NCBI GenBank assembly: GCA_031279795.1
Contig: JAITHZ010000159.1
Location: 1-26,646, forward strand
Reading direction: 5' to 3'
DNA length: 26,646 nt
Source of the DNA: Bacteroidales bacterium
GTDB taxonomy: Bacteria; Bacteroidota; Bacteroidia; Bacteroidales; WRGA01
A program made the translations under genes and the position numbers. A model generated the notes under the pieces. The model saw only the letters and a list, made by a program, of their open reading frames with translations, was not told where the DNA came from and ran no database searches. This document shows, in pieces, positions 9,601-16,491 of the stretch; position 1 is the first letter of the stretch; every line of letters begins with the position of its first letter.

Positions 9601-10242
9601 GGCTTCCTGCGCGATGGCCGACGAGCGCGCGTTTTGAGCGTTGGCGATCGCCGCAGCAAAGTCGTCGTAGACTGCCTGAGTGTACTGTCCCTTCTCTGGG
9701 CCTACTACGGCGGCGGCTAGCATGGCTTGACAGACGCCAATCTGACTGTCGAGCGCAAACGTCAGCAGCTCGCCGTCGGCGCCAACTTCCCGTATCGTCC
9801 AGTGATGCAGCTCGACTGCGCCTGACTTGTCGGAATAAACTGCCGAACCGGACGTTGAGGCGTCCGTTCCCAGATACTGCAACGTGCCGCTGATTCGGAA
9901 CTTGACAAACGTCCCGTCGACGTCGTCAATAGCAAACTGTGCCAGTACGTTTTCCGGATCGCTGCCCCATGCAGTGTTGTAATTACCTGTTTTTGTCAAG
10001 TATTCGCCGGTCGACACTACCTGAATGTTGTAGAAGCCCGCCTCTGCCGGAATAAACTTAACGTACTGCGCATTGGTCGCCGTCGGGTTGGATATCGTTA
10101 CCCCCCCGTCGTTTCCCAAGATCATCAAACTGGAATGAACGATATAATACGTCTTTCCAATATCAGGCGTGAACTGTGCCTGAACCTTCAAACTGTTTGC
10201 CGCCATTAGCAGCATGATACAAAAAACACAAACTTTTTTCAT
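6628..10242 (-). CDS. 1204-aa secreted surface protein: signal peptide, ~3 beta-trefoil/ricin-like domains, 9 FIVAR-like helical repeats, T9SS C-terminal domain
   Basis: Signal MKKVCVFCIMLLMAANSLKVQAQ. Trefoil-like blocks start GKTYYIVHSS, GQIYYIVHSGG and DKYRITTYK. Nine repeats of G-x3-GQ(Y/W)P-x-A-x-D-x-F-x-AAI-x-AA type. Tail IAIYDLSGALI..LNKGSYVVSV..LVVN. Confidence 0.85.
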   Translation of the reverse strand: MKKVCVFCIMLLMAANSLKVQAQFTPDIGKTYYIVHSSLMILGNDGGVTISNPTATNAQYVKFIPAEAGFYNIQVVSTGEYLTKTGNYNTAWGSDPENVLAQFAIDDVDGTFVKFRISGTLQYLGTDASTSGSAVYSDKSGAVELHHWTIREVGADGELLTFALDSQIGVCQAMLAAAVVGPEKGQYTQAVYDDFAAAIANAQNARSSAIAQEAITLAMTALVAAREAFVSLKTQVSSGQIYYIVHSGGLFLSDNGSNNPKLNSPAGTTAQQFIFMPVESEPGVYNIQIQSRSSYIARSGYNIVYGTDPTLNTAKFRIEDAPTAGYIRFKCLDNSRYIGTDANSDGSGVYIDKAGNTANHYWKVREYIEGEIIKDGLEAAIASAQSLLGRIVVGTAAHQYPQEAYDAFAAAIAAAQTVYNNSAVSQDDVATAAAALQTAQTDFLAAEIKPVFIPAADKYRITTYKYATKYLTNVEGNARTADVWTSGNSGQHWVFQPVTDGAGEYYLLNGGKYLSASTSAYALVDEVASATVWRFSFNSTNGGVEWFAMQTGDNQTVACGSGTTWTLQTYQPTNNAHWVRLTRVDFPHDPSKLALEDYIPKATTTLNAKTIGTEQGQWPQSAFDAFKAVINAATAAVDGAGYTQEEVDARLEELKAAETAYNAAAISVIKDALGALLLEAYALWDAAVIGEHVGEYLPSVKSEYKAKFDASKAVFDNSSVQADVDAEVVTLQASIDAFIAAANTVDVSPEAVLYELAMDAEAIYAASVEGIDMGQYAPTVRADFRSAIDAALAAAQDQTATTADIETLQAAITLFQQAVITVNRSVFRATIQTADQTLAAAANPAQYVSYPQAAIDALTDALNTATTVCNTNYAATQPDIDAANATLTAAIAAFNAAVVNRTSLNTSIQNAQTLLSSSEPGDANGQRPQSAFDALRAAATSAQTVFDSPSSVQTDLDAANTALNTAIAAFNSAVIAVDFTSLDAAIAKAAHYRETTTAVGNEQRQCPQAVFDVFVAILTPIAAMDRTVTQATADAKTAELNAAIDALLTQLKSELEELIVQATELYSQATEGDAPGQYPTGSKATLMTAVNKAVASRDDAAGTQATFNTASGALYNAIYLFQNKQIPSAVESVDASTVTVYSANQTIHICNLEGNSRIAIYDLSGALIHAEQTDKQSVACSLNKGSYVVSVQSENSRWTQLVVN

Positions 10243-10275
10243 GATTCAATAAAATTTAAAATAAAACACTTTTAT

Positions 10276-10303
10276 AATTAGGAATTAGGAATTAGGAATT
10301 AGG
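10276..10303 (+). repeat. (AATTAGG)4 tandem heptamer
   Basis: Four exact units at 10276, 10283, 10290 and 10297. Confidence 0.95.
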
Positions 10304-10403
10304 AATGAATGTCTAAGGATGAAGAGTGAATGTTTAATTGTCAATCCGTCATGCTTATTCTTATTCTCTGTTTTTAATTCATTATTCATACAATTCATCA
10401 TGT

Positions 10404-10494
10404 TTAATTCCAGACTCTAAATTTCCAACACTTAATTCATAAGTTATAATTCTTAATTCCCAACGTCTGATTCTTAATTCCCAACGTTTGGGTA
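10404..10494 (+). repeat. Degenerate 7-nt-register tract (nnAATTC) with a 21-nt-period duplication
   Basis: TTAATTC/ATAATTC/CTGATTC units in 7-nt register; TTCTTAATTCCCAACGT occurs at 10450 and 10471. Confidence 0.7.
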
Positions 10495-10499
10495 AAAAA

Positions 10500-10864
10500 C
10501 CCCTCCGTCGGGGTAGTGCGACCCCTCCGTCGGGGTAGTGCGACCCCTCCGTCGGGGTAGTGCGACCCATCCGTCGGGGTGATGCGACCCCTCCGTCGGG
10601 GTAGTGCGACCCCTCCGTCGGGGTAGTGCGACCCCTCCGTCGGGGTGATGCGACCCCTCCGTCGGGGTAAAAAACCTCGACGTCGGGGTAAAAAACACCT
10701 CCGTCGGGGTGATGCGACCCCTCCGTCGGGGTAAAAAACCTCGACGTCGGGGTAAAAAACCCCTCCGTCGGGGTGATGCGACCCCGACGTCGGGGTAAAA
10801 AACCCCTCCGTCGGGGTAAAAACACCCGACGTTGTGGTAAAAAACCTCGACGTAGTTGTAAAAA
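10500..10864 (+). repeat. Tandem array of ~17 units of 21/22 nt: 14-nt quasi-palindromic core plus 7-8-nt linker
   Basis: Core CCCCTCCGTCGGGG, with variants CCTCGACGTCGGGG and the perfect palindrome CCCCGACGTCGGGG at 10782. Linkers TAGTGCGA, TGATGCGA or TAAAAAA. Units start at 10500, 10522, 10544 ... 10654, 10675, 10696, 10718, 10739, 10760, 10782, 10803; the last two are degenerate. Confidence 0.97.
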
Positions 10865-10880
10865 CATGCGATGTTGCGTG

Positions 10881-10975
10881 TTTTTACCAAAACGCTGCAT
10901 GTTTTCTGTTAAACGCTGCATGTTTTTTCCCAAACGGTTCATGTTTTCTATTAAACGGTTCATGTTTTTCCAAAA
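10881..10975 (-). repeat. Four 21-nt repeats in inverted orientation to the GC array
   Basis: Minus strand (G/A)AAAACATG(AAC/CAG)CGTTT units; CAT on the plus strand at 10898, 10919, 10940 and 10961 (period 21). Confidence 0.9.
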
Positions 10976-10999
10976 AAAAATGTATATAAGCACTAAATC

Positions 11000-11071
11000 A
11001 ATTACGAATTACGAATTACGAATTACGAATCAGGATTTATCCTCGTAATTCGTAATTCGTAATTCGTAATT
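11000..11071. repeat. Perfect 29-bp inverted repeat of (AATTACG)4 arms; candidate terminator/stabilising hairpin at the CotH 3' end
   Basis: 11000-11028 (AATTACG)4A is the exact reverse complement of 11043-11071; 14-nt loop ATCAGGATTTATCC. Confidence 0.9.
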
Positions 11072-13032
11072 ATTTTGCCAGACCGATGGATATTTTTTAT
11101 AATGTAAATATCCGGCCGTTCGGATGTCTGCAACAGCACTCCCATGAGCGTGTAACAGCGGCTTTCGACAACAGGGTCGCTGTCGTCCGTTGCGCTGCGG
11201 GACGGTATGGTGGTGAAACTGTTGTCTTTATCTGCATCGTCCAGTTCATCGGTTTTCTGAATATACCATTGCTGTTCTTCCTGAGTGGTCATGTAATTGT
11301 TCCATTCCAGAACAGGAACGCCGTTGGCGCTGCTTCCGCCAAGCACGTAGGAAACATACGAGCTGGCAACGTTCTGCAGTCCATATATGTCGCCTGTCAG
11401 TACGGGCACGATACGCCACTGCTGCCGCCGGTCGGTGGCGTCGGGGATCGCCTGCAGCAGATTCTTACCCGTTGTGCCCTCGCTTGCGATTGCCATCTTG
11501 GAGTTTCGGTTAATGAGACGGAACACATCGGTTTCGTCTGTCGGCTTGATGATCCATTCCTGCGACGGTTCGTCCGGTATTGGCGACCACATGGTCAACA
11601 TGGCGTTCTCGACGGTTGACTGCGACTGTACGTCAATGAGACTGTTGGTCTTTACGTTTTGGATAATGTAATAGTAGTCGTCTGCTGCGAATGGCCGAGA
11701 TGGTTCTGGCTGCGGTGGTTCTTGCGGATTGTCGATGTTGTCGATGAAGAAGCTTTCGTTCAGAAAATTTATCCGCTGTTTGATATACGTTTCAAGATGG
11801 GAGACATATTGACGGTAAGTGGGGAAAAGAAACTGTTCGAGGTATACTTTTTGATTGAGCTTTCCCCACTTCGTATAGTTCTTTTGCTGAGATGCGTCGA
11901 TCAGGTACGATGCGTCGTCGATACAGGTGGATAGTTTTTCCTGAATCTGCTCGTCTTTTACCAGTTTGTGCCACCGCCGGTACACTGCTTGCCGAAACCA
12001 TTCATCTTCCCAAAGTCGTTTAATCCACGTTTTGGGATTGTGAGCCGATTCGCGCATCAGCTTACGGGTTGCGTCGCCCAGACGACTGTCGTTGTTGAAG
12101 GCAATGTCGTAGTCCCACAGCGGGCCGAAGAAGAATTTGTCGATCCCTCGGCGTTTATAGATGAACGTACTCCAAAAACTGTCGGAATTGCCGGTCAGTT
12201 CGCAACAGATGTACCAGTTGACGAGCGACGCACTGTCGGCGAATGCGCGGTATCCTGCATCTGGGTCGGTGAAGTTCTGCGAAAACAGCGCGTCTTCGAA
12301 TCGCTGGGTAAATGCCTGTATATAGTCGATCTGCTGCTGGACAATTTCGTCGCTGTCGGGGTATTTGACGGTTACTTTCAGGTTCTTTCCGGTGGTAAAC
12401 CATACCGGTTCCCCGCTTGCAAAGCCATCTATCTCGATTAAATAACCTCCGGAGATATCCGGCAGCGACGACATGCCCTGCAATACGTCCTGTTCCTCGA
12501 CCGGCACGCGATGTTCCCTGACTTCTACCTGATCGGTCAGTATATAGTTGCCGATGTACTGTCCGTTTAGCACCACGTCGACAAAACGATGCTGCGGAGT
12601 GTATTCCAGTCCCACCAGCTGGCTTATTTTAAAGGCAACGGTGTTTCGGATCAGGCTTTTGTCGGCATAATTGGCAAGCAGCGTCCAGCTTTTTGCGCTG
12701 GCAGGCATATTGAGCAGGCGGGTTTTCTTGTCGAGCTTGATACGGTATGGTTTCTTGGCCATATTCCAGGTAGAATTTCCGCGTCCGCGAATTTCGGTTT
12801 TAACTCCGTCGGAGTCTGTTCCCAACAGTTGCTCCGACGGGTCGCTGCTGACGATCAGCAATTTTGCCGATACGTAGGTTGTCTTGCTTGTAATAGCCGC
12901 GCCACCGTCGGTGTTGATGTAAATTGTCGGAAGGTTTGTCATCTGCTTCGGAAGGTCTTTTGCCAAAGGTCTTCCTGGTGTGCAAAGACTTAGAAAGAGT
13001 ATAATTCCGATTGTCAGGTTTTCTTTCATCAT
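11023..13032 (-). CDS. CotH-family kinase plus ricin-type beta-trefoil and short T9SS-like tail
   Basis: IRGRGNSTW, KKPYRIKLD, WTLLANYADKSLIRN, GGYLIEID, GNSDSF, GPLWDYDIAF. QxW repeats SQEWII, RQQWRI, EQQWYI. Start at MMKEN (13032) avoids overlap with the upstream gene. Confidence 0.9.
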   Translation of the reverse strand: MMKENLTIGIILFLSLCTPGRPLAKDLPKQMTNLPTIYINTDGGAAITSKTTYVSAKLLIVSSDPSEQLLGTDSDGVKTEIRGRGNSTWNMAKKPYRIKLDKKTRLLNMPASAKSWTLLANYADKSLIRNTVAFKISQLVGLEYTPQHRFVDVVLNGQYIGNYILTDQVEVREHRVPVEEQDVLQGMSSLPDISGGYLIEIDGFASGEPVWFTTGKNLKVTVKYPDSDEIVQQQIDYIQAFTQRFEDALFSQNFTDPDAGYRAFADSASLVNWYICCELTGNSDSFWSTFIYKRRGIDKFFFGPLWDYDIAFNNDSRLGDATRKLMRESAHNPKTWIKRLWEDEWFRQAVYRRWHKLVKDEQIQEKLSTCIDDASYLIDASQQKNYTKWGKLNQKVYLEQFLFPTYRQYVSHLETYIKQRINFLNESFFIDNIDNPQEPPQPEPSRPFAADDYYYIIQNVKTNSLIDVQSQSTVENAMLTMWSPIPDEPSQEWIIKPTDETDVFRLINRNSKMAIASEGTTGKNLLQAIPDATDRRQQWRIVPVLTGDIYGLQNVASSYVSYVLGGSSANGVPVLEWNNYMTTQEEQQWYIQKTDELDDADKDNSFTTIPSRSATDDSDPVVESRCYTLMGVLLQTSERPDIYIIKNIHRSGKIITNYELRITRINPDS

Positions 13033-13069
13033 GTTTGTTAAAGATAAAATGTTTAGCATTTGAGACTGT

Positions 13070-14620
13070 TTATTCGTAAAAGTTAGTTGTATTCGTGTTA
13101 TCATCCATCATTTGATGCTGGCCTCTCTCGACAAATGTTACCTGTATGGCGTTTTTCATAACCGCTTTTACGAAATCACGGCGAGATGGCTGTACTGGTT
13201 CGACCATGAACGAGGGAATGTTGTACGATTTAAAAAACTGTCCGTAAAATTCCGGATCCTCCTGCGGAAGGATGAAAGGCTTATGCTCCCGTCCGAGTCG
13301 GTCGAAGTAAGCGATATACGGACGGGTGTACGATCCGTCGTCGCGGCGGGAGCTGAACACAATCCACCGCCCGCTGGACGACCATTCGTGGTAACTTTCG
13401 ACCTCTGCGCTGTTCACACCGGTCATCGGACGCACCTGTCGGGTTTGCATGTCCATCAGATACAAGTCTGCGCTTTTGTGCCAGATATGAAAATTGCCAT
13501 AATCGCCCAGCGTGAACATAAGATACCGTCCGTCGGGCGACTCACGCGGAAAAGTTGCGCTCTTTCCGACAGCAGCCGCGTCGAAAACCGTATCTGTCGC
13601 TCCGAATGTCATCTTTTCTTCATCAAATTGCTTTCGCATCAGCGAATAGCGCACGTCGCGGTATCGGTCGGCCAGTTCCACTTCCATTGCGTGGCTGTCG
13701 GTGCGGTCTCGGTATTCGAAACGTGCGGAAGCGTAGTATAAATACTTTCCGTCGGAGCTCCACGACGGAAACGTTTCCATTTCGTTGACGCTTCCGGCAA
13801 CCATGCAGATTTCACGTTTATCGGCGTCATACAGAATGATGTCGGATTCACTGTCCATTACCTCAATTTTTTCCGTATTTCGGGTATGAAAATTCTGTCC
13901 GGTATTGTTTACCGAATAAGCAATGAACCTCCCTGCAGGATGCCACGACGGATAAACGCCAGCCGAAACCGTGTGTTCGGTCTTCAGGCTGATTTTCTCG
14001 ATTGCGCCGGCGCGTACTATCAGCGTTCCGCCCAAATATTGCCGAACGTGCATCTGCATCTTTCCATCTCGGTTATAATTGTGAAACGCATGGCAGTTTA
14101 TGCACTGACCGTTGACGTCGTCCGACAGCAGCATGTTGTCGTAGATTACCTTTTCGGAAAACGAGGTCAAATCGCGCTGACAGATGCTCATCCGTTCGTA
14201 TGCCACGTACGACGGTTCGATCAGCCGGTAGCAAAGGAAGGCGTCGACAGGCTCCGGAGCGATGAAGTTGCGCACCGGCCGGTAACGGCGCCACTTCTTG
14301 CCCCGTCGGGCGTAGATCTCGGTGTAAAGCGTATCGCCACGGTTGGCTTCAAGGATGGATTTCCACTGCCGAAGCGGGATACGTACCGTGCGTCCGCCAA
14401 CAAGGATTGTGCGTCCGTGCGCTGCGTAGATCCTTGTCAGGTATTCGTCGGCTTCGTCGTTGATCATGAAGTTCAGCGGTGCAATGTTGCAGGGAATGAC
14501 CGCATCGCTGTTGTCGGGCGAACAGGAAGCGTTCGCCGGAATCAGCTCCGCATTGTCGGGCAGTCCCTTCGCGCAGGCAGAAAGGATAACAGCAAAGGCG
14601 TATATATATTTATTGACCAT
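13070..14620 (-). CDS. Lipoprotein with TolB-like PD40 beta-propeller and a CxxCH motif
   Basis: Lipobox ILSAC; PD40 repeats YPSWHPAGRFIAY, FPSWSSDGKYLYY, FPRESPDGRYLMF, YHEWSSSGRWIVFSSRR; CINCH at 14090-14104. Confidence 0.85.
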   Translation of the reverse strand: MVNKYIYAFAVILSACAKGLPDNAELIPANASCSPDNSDAVIPCNIAPLNFMINDEADEYLTRIYAAHGRTILVGGRTVRIPLRQWKSILEANRGDTLYTEIYARRGKKWRRYRPVRNFIAPEPVDAFLCYRLIEPSYVAYERMSICQRDLTSFSEKVIYDNMLLSDDVNGQCINCHAFHNYNRDGKMQMHVRQYLGGTLIVRAGAIEKISLKTEHTVSAGVYPSWHPAGRFIAYSVNNTGQNFHTRNTEKIEVMDSESDIILYDADKREICMVAGSVNEMETFPSWSSDGKYLYYASARFEYRDRTDSHAMEVELADRYRDVRYSLMRKQFDEEKMTFGATDTVFDAAAVGKSATFPRESPDGRYLMFTLGDYGNFHIWHKSADLYLMDMQTRQVRPMTGVNSAEVESYHEWSSSGRWIVFSSRRDDGSYTRPYIAYFDRLGREHKPFILPQEDPEFYGQFFKSYNIPSFMVEPVQPSRRDFVKAVMKNAIQVTFVERGQHQMMDDNTNTTNFYE

Positions 14621-14623
14621 AGC

Positions 14624-14658
14624 AGTTGAGAATTGAGAGTTGAAAATTAAGAGTTGGT
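14624..14658 (+). repeat. Five degenerate heptamers filling the intergenic gap
   Basis: AGTTGAG AATTGAG AGTTGAA AATTAAG AGTTGGT, immediately after the DUF6057 stop. Confidence 0.7.
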
Positions 14659-16472
14659 TAGCTTGTTTTCAGTCCTTGAACAAAAAAATAATAATACCAG
14701 AATGTGTCGCCAAACAGCGGTCGGAGTATTTCGGCCTGCTTTCCGTGCGGCAAGGTTCCGTATTGCTGCGAGCAGTGAATCAGCCGGTCAAATCTGTCCC
14801 GGACTTGGCGATCGAACTGAATCCGGCTGACGTCTACCTTTCCGTCCAGATAAGCGTACAGCAACGCCGCTTCCTGATAGTGCACCGGAATATTCCGGTG
14901 CGTACGAGCATAGAGGAAAAATCGCGGCCAGAAATTCGCACTGTTCTTCTGAATCAAATTGCACTGCAACGACACTTCTACCAGATCCGGCGGTCCGCCT
15001 TCCATGTTTGCAAAGCTGTTCAGCAGATAATGTTCCAGCATTCCGTTATCACCCAGCAGCATATCGTCGTAAGCCATCAGAGGACGAATGCGCCGAAATT
15101 CGTCAACCGTATCCATCAGCGCTGGATTGTCGAGAAAAGGTTCGTATTTTTTTGCCCATTCTCGATGAAACCATACCTGCGACAAGGCGCCGTAGTATTT
15201 CCGCGCAAGATCTGTTTCTCCGTTCAGCAACGCACAGCGCAGCATATATTTCAGATAAAGCGCCTTCATGCCATATTCTACCATGTCTTCCATGCACCAG
15301 CGGTAACAGTGATTGATTTGTCCATAATAATAATAAACCGTCTTTGAACCGGCGTCGCGCAAACAGGCCGACGGCCGGTGCGCTACCTGCGGCGCTGATG
15401 CATGAACGAAAGAAAACATCCGGTCGCCTGCCTTATCCGTACGCTGCATGGCAAGGATGCGAAGCATGACGATGAGGCGCGTTGGATTTTCGCTCGCTTC
15501 CGACTGCTGGATGATCTTCGCCCACTGACAGTCGAGCGCAAGCAGATTCAACGCTATTTCGGTGTGGAAATTTTTGTCGCGATTAGAACCTGCAAACAGC
15601 GCGAGCAGGCTCAGCATGAAAACGCCCGCAGACAGCAAGTGCCTTGAGGCGAATTTTGCCGCATCCTGTGCCGAAAAGAAGCGTTGAAACAGCGAAACAG
15701 CCATAAAACACACAGCTATCGCCACAAATGGCAACCAGAAAACCATTTCTGCCTTGTTGAAATTGAAACGTGGCAATCCGCTGAGGTACGATAATGACAG
15801 CGTTGTGTGTGTGTAGACAAAATTAAAATACAGATACGGAGTAATGACAATCGCGCCAAGAGCAGCGGTTTGATGTATTCGAAAAATACTCGACCGTTTC
15901 AAAAAACAAGGCTTCCGTATGGTCAGCACACAAATCAGGGAGGCAAACAGGCCGTAAAATCCAAGCAGCGGATACAGTCCAAATGGCATGAAGGCCAGCA
16001 TTGCCGTCTGCATGGCTGGCTTCAGCCGACGGAATCCTCCAACGACTGCAATTGCAACTGCAATTCCCAGTCCGTTGGAGAAAAAATACCCGTTCGATTT
16101 AAGTATAAACAGCATATAATCCAGCTGCGTCAGCGACAGCAGCAGCATTAGGCCAACGGACATCCCCAGCGGGTAATACGCATGCTGCAGGCGGAAAGCC
16201 CGGATGAACCCGAAGACAACCGCCGCTTGCAGCATGAGGAATATGAGACTGCCCAGCAATGGATAATAGAAAAACTGCGTACAAAACGTTCCCAGATAAA
16301 CGAGCAGCCCTCCGGCTTCTGACATGCATTCACGGAAATACATCTTGGTTGGCAAAAAGAGCGACAGTTCGCTTGCCATTCGGAAGAAACCGGCATTGCG
16401 AAGCGCCATAAAGTAGAGCGTGCACGCAGCGGTAATCATTCCGCAAATCAATATATACCGTCTTGTTTTCAA
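14658..16472 (-). CDS. DUF6057-family membrane protein (multi-TM N-half, soluble helical C-half); TTG start
   Basis: ELSLFL..YF..EAGGLLVYLGTFCTQFFYYP, YGQINHCYRWCME, CALLNGE..ARKY, IPVHYQEAALL, TFWYYYFF match my recollection of the family; about 9 hydrophobic segments. Confidence 0.8.
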   Translation of the reverse strand: MKTRRYILICGMITAACTLYFMALRNAGFFRMASELSLFLPTKMYFRECMSEAGGLLVYLGTFCTQFFYYPLLGSLIFLMLQAAVVFGFIRAFRLQHAYYPLGMSVGLMLLLSLTQLDYMLFILKSNGYFFSNGLGIAVAIAVVGGFRRLKPAMQTAMLAFMPFGLYPLLGFYGLFASLICVLTIRKPCFLKRSSIFRIHQTAALGAIVITPYLYFNFVYTHTTLSLSYLSGLPRFNFNKAEMVFWLPFVAIAVCFMAVSLFQRFFSAQDAAKFASRHLLSAGVFMLSLLALFAGSNRDKNFHTEIALNLLALDCQWAKIIQQSEASENPTRLIVMLRILAMQRTDKAGDRMFSFVHASAPQVAHRPSACLRDAGSKTVYYYYGQINHCYRWCMEDMVEYGMKALYLKYMLRCALLNGETDLARKYYGALSQVWFHREWAKKYEPFLDNPALMDTVDEFRRIRPLMAYDDMLLGDNGMLEHYLLNSFANMEGGPPDLVEVSLQCNLIQKNSANFWPRFFLYARTHRNIPVHYQEAALLYAYLDGKVDVSRIQFDRQVRDRFDRLIHCSQQYGTLPHGKQAEILRPLFGDTFWYYYFFVQGLKTS

Positions 16473-16491
16473 TTTTTCTAACTTTATTGGT

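Noticed and set aside
10500-10820. G-quadruplex from GGGG runs on both strands
   Set aside because: Runs are ~18 nt apart and each GGGG can pair with the CCCC of its own unit, so hairpins or duplex should dominate; not supportable without experiment.
10500-10864. CRISPR array
   Set aside because: Linkers are only 7-8 nt and of three recurring types rather than unique spacers; no cas genes or leader.
10474-10890. 138-aa repeat ORF in a second minus frame
   Set aside because: Same low-complexity blocks in another frame with a weaker start; a by-product of the stop-free array.
13033-13104. Longer CotH start at 13104
   Set aside because: Overlaps the upstream gene; MMKEN gives a proper signal peptide.
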